This document shows positions 14,150 to 15,921 of a DNA stretch of 15,921 bases, piece by piece. The DNA is from Okeania sp. Its GTDB lineage: Bacteria > Cyanobacteriota > Cyanobacteriia > Cyanobacteriales > Microcoleaceae. The notes below the pieces were generated by a model. It was given only the letters and a program-made list of their open reading frames with translations. It was not told the DNA's origin and ran no database searches. Location of the stretch: positions 1-15,921 of the forward strand of contig NZ_JAYKGW010000137.1 of assembly GCF_035285525.1 (NCBI RefSeq). The letters run 5' to 3'. How positions within the stretch are numbered: the first letter of the stretch is position 1; each line of letters opens with the position of its first letter. The translations under genes were made by a program, and so were the position numbers.

Positions 14150-15921
14150 TTATTTTTGGGAAAATGCTTCATTTGGGTCTAAATTTTTTTCAGCGTAATT
14201 TTCTAGCCAATTTACAAAAGCTGAACTTAAAAACTCATAATTTAAAACAGATTTAAACATATTAATGTTATGCTTAGACTGAGAGTGAAAAATTTCTTCA
14301 CTTTTACAGCAATTAAAAATTGCTTCTGCTAAACTATCTGAAGAAAACTCACTTGCACCTCTGCCAAAGCTAAATCTATCATTCCACAAATTCAAAGTAT
14401 AGTTAGGTAAAAAAACTACTGGCAGACCTGAGGCAATGTATTCATATAGTTTCGTAGGACTACAATATTTTATACTCAGTGGAAGCTGGCCTAAATCTTC
14501 CCTCCAAGTTACAAGACCTACATCGCAAAAACTGCGCAGTTCAGCTAGTTTTTCGTGTGTAACAAAACCGTGATAATGTAGCTTGCCTGAATTATGCAAA
14601 TTCATTAATAATTTTTCGTACTTGTCACTTGCCGGACCTGCAATATGCAAGAAAATTTTGTTTGAATAATTTTCTGCAAGTTCCAGAAGAATATCTATTC
14701 CAGCTATTGGATTCAACTGTCCTTGGTACAAAACATTATATCTATCAGTTGTATTCAGTTTGCGTGGTAACTCATTGAATTCACTAACAAGAGGTGCATT
14801 GTACACAATAAAAAAATCTTTGGCTTTATGATGTATCCCTTTAGCAATTTCTAATCGATCCTCGTTGGCACTAATGACAGCATCAGCACAAGTAGGCTTT
14901 TCTTTTTCTAGCTCTTCTCTATGTTTAATACCAAATTCATCTTCAATTTCATTAAAATACAAGACTTGTATTGGACAATCACCTACTTTTCTGAGAGCAA
15001 AATCAGTCCACCCTGATATTAAAATTTGTCCTTTAAATTCTGATAATGAATCGTAAAAACCTTTGTAATATAAAGCACGCTCTTCCTGTGTCATAGTTTT
15101 AGAATGTTTAACCCGTATTCGATTGACTCCTGGAAAGGGTACATATTTTCGCTTTCCCCCTGGTGGTTCTTCGTGATCTATAAGCAATACTTCATGTCCG
15201 CGTCTTTTCAGAAGAGTGTAAAGTCGCAAATATTCAGGACTCCCGTAACCCATTGATATATGTGTCATTATTATTATTCGCAGAGAGTGCTGTGCTTTAG
15301 TCAAAATCAATGAAGAGGTATTTGTTTCCTTTGTTTCATCAGACTGAGCTTTACTTGATTCAACTTCCCCAAAGCGATCGCCCTGCACAGACAACTTTTC
15401 CCTAACCTTCTCATAAACTTCCCTCACCGACTGAACCTCAACCACCATTTTCCCAGACACACCATCAGACTTAATCAAATTCGCACCCCACTCCTGCTCC
15501 CGATAAACTCCCTCAAACCTACCTTTTCTCACCTCCAAAGGTAGAATCCTTTCAATCTCTGCCCGATAATCCCCAATACGGTCTACAGACAACTGCCCAA
15601 CACGCTTCCGAAAAGCACCCAAAGGACTTTCATACTGATAATAAACCCCATGATCCGCCATCTCACGCCAAAAATTCCAATCACCAGCCAACTCAAATCC
15701 TTTTAACCCATGCTTCGACTTTAACCACAACGCCTTACTAAAAAACGTTCCCTCCTGCTGCAACATTTCCCAATGCTTACCATCACACAAACCCTCCCGA
15801 ATCACCGCCGTGGGAGTAGGAGTACCTCGCTGTAAAACCTTCTGCCGTACATCCGTTTCAAATACATACTGAGGTCCCCCTATCCACTCAACCTCTGGAT
15901 GCTCCCCAACAATACGACAAA
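14150..15921 (-). CDS. Fusion protein (5'-partial, open to the window edge): C-terminal tail of a GT2 glycosyltransferase + linker + complete GT4/GT1-type GT-B domain
   Basis: The frame stays open from 15805 to 15921 (..CRIVGEHPEVEWIGGPQYVFETDVRQKVLQRGTPTPTAV before the GTG used by the track). The GT2-tail pattern is EGTFFSKALWLKSKHGLKGFELAGDWNFWREMADHGVYYQY..LGAFRKRVGQLS. The linker is SSKAQSDETKETNTSS. The GT4 domain shows RIIIMTHISMGYGSPEY..LLKRRGHEVLLI, LHIAGP, LHYHGFV and PTKLYEYIASGLPVV. Confidence 0.7.
   Translation of the reverse strand, partial: CRIVGEHPEVEWIGGPQYVFETDVRQKVLQRGTPTPTAVIREGLCDGKHWEMLQQEGTFFSKALWLKSKHGLKGFELAGDWNFWREMADHGVYYQYESPLGAFRKRVGQLSVDRIGDYRAEIERILPLEVRKGRFEGVYREQEWGANLIKSDGVSGKMVVEVQSVREVYEKVREKLSVQGDRFGEVESSKAQSDETKETNTSSLILTKAQHSLRIIIMTHISMGYGSPEYLRLYTLLKRRGHEVLLIDHEEPPGGKRKYVPFPGVNRIRVKHSKTMTQEERALYYKGFYDSLSEFKGQILISGWTDFALRKVGDCPIQVLYFNEIEDEFGIKHREELEKEKPTCADAVISANEDRLEIAKGIHHKAKDFFIVYNAPLVSEFNELPRKLNTTDRYNVLYQGQLNPIAGIDILLELAENYSNKIFLHIAGPASDKYEKLLMNLHNSGKLHYHGFVTHEKLAELRSFCDVGLVTWREDLGQLPLSIKYCSPTKLYEYIASGLPVVFLPNYTLNLWNDRFSFGRGASEFSSDSLAEAIFNCCKSEEIFHSQSKHNINMFKSVLNYEFLSSAFVNWLENYAEKNLDPNEAFSQK

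Noticed and set aside
1703-15056. Short ORFs antisense to, or in alternative frames of, long well-supported genes (1703..1900, 2926..3117, 3686..3898, 5539..5772, 5692..5895, 7306..7512, 9183..9527, 9971..10231, 13883..14110, 14865..15056)
   Set aside because: Each lies inside, or largely overlaps, a longer ORF that has clear family motifs. The translations are low-complexity with no recognisable domains. They are treated as shadow ORFs.

Overview
The host is probably a filamentous, Nostocales-like cyanobacterium. The evidence is low GC, six perfect HIP1 octamers (GCGATCGC), tandem heptamer (STRR-type) arrays, and the gene families Uma2, Rpn/PDDEXK_2, UPF0175 and Tab2. The window has two parts. 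(A) 1-3.9 kb is a decaying accessory patch. It holds the start of one Uma2 endonuclease gene and a second Uma2 gene split by a 128-bp insertion with a 6-bp target-site duplication. It also holds a UPF0175 antitoxin-like pseudogene, a Tab2/DUF1092 pseudogene, one intact Rpn-family PD-(D/E)XK nuclease gene, and a ~1-kb paralogous Rpn copy. That copy is inactivated only by two GAA->TAA nonsense changes 21 nt apart. (B) 4.1-15.9 kb is a glycan-biosynthesis locus. One plus-strand TPR-GT8 gene converges on a run of eight minus-strand genes. In transcription order these are a GT2-GT4 fusion (partial), two orphan GT-B-like ORFs, a STELLO-like glycosyltransferase, an orphan ORF with fucosyltransferase-superfamily motifs, a CMP-nonulosonate synthetase (NeuA family), a four-domain CBS-NeuB-SAF-TIM-barrel protein, and a TylF-type O-methyltransferase. 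The best candidate for an undescribed system is this nonulosonic-acid (sialic-acid-like) module together with its unassigned transferases. It lies in a compositionally mosaic, HIP1-depleted, AT-rich cassette. All functions are inferred from motifs read by eye in the translations; no database search was possible.
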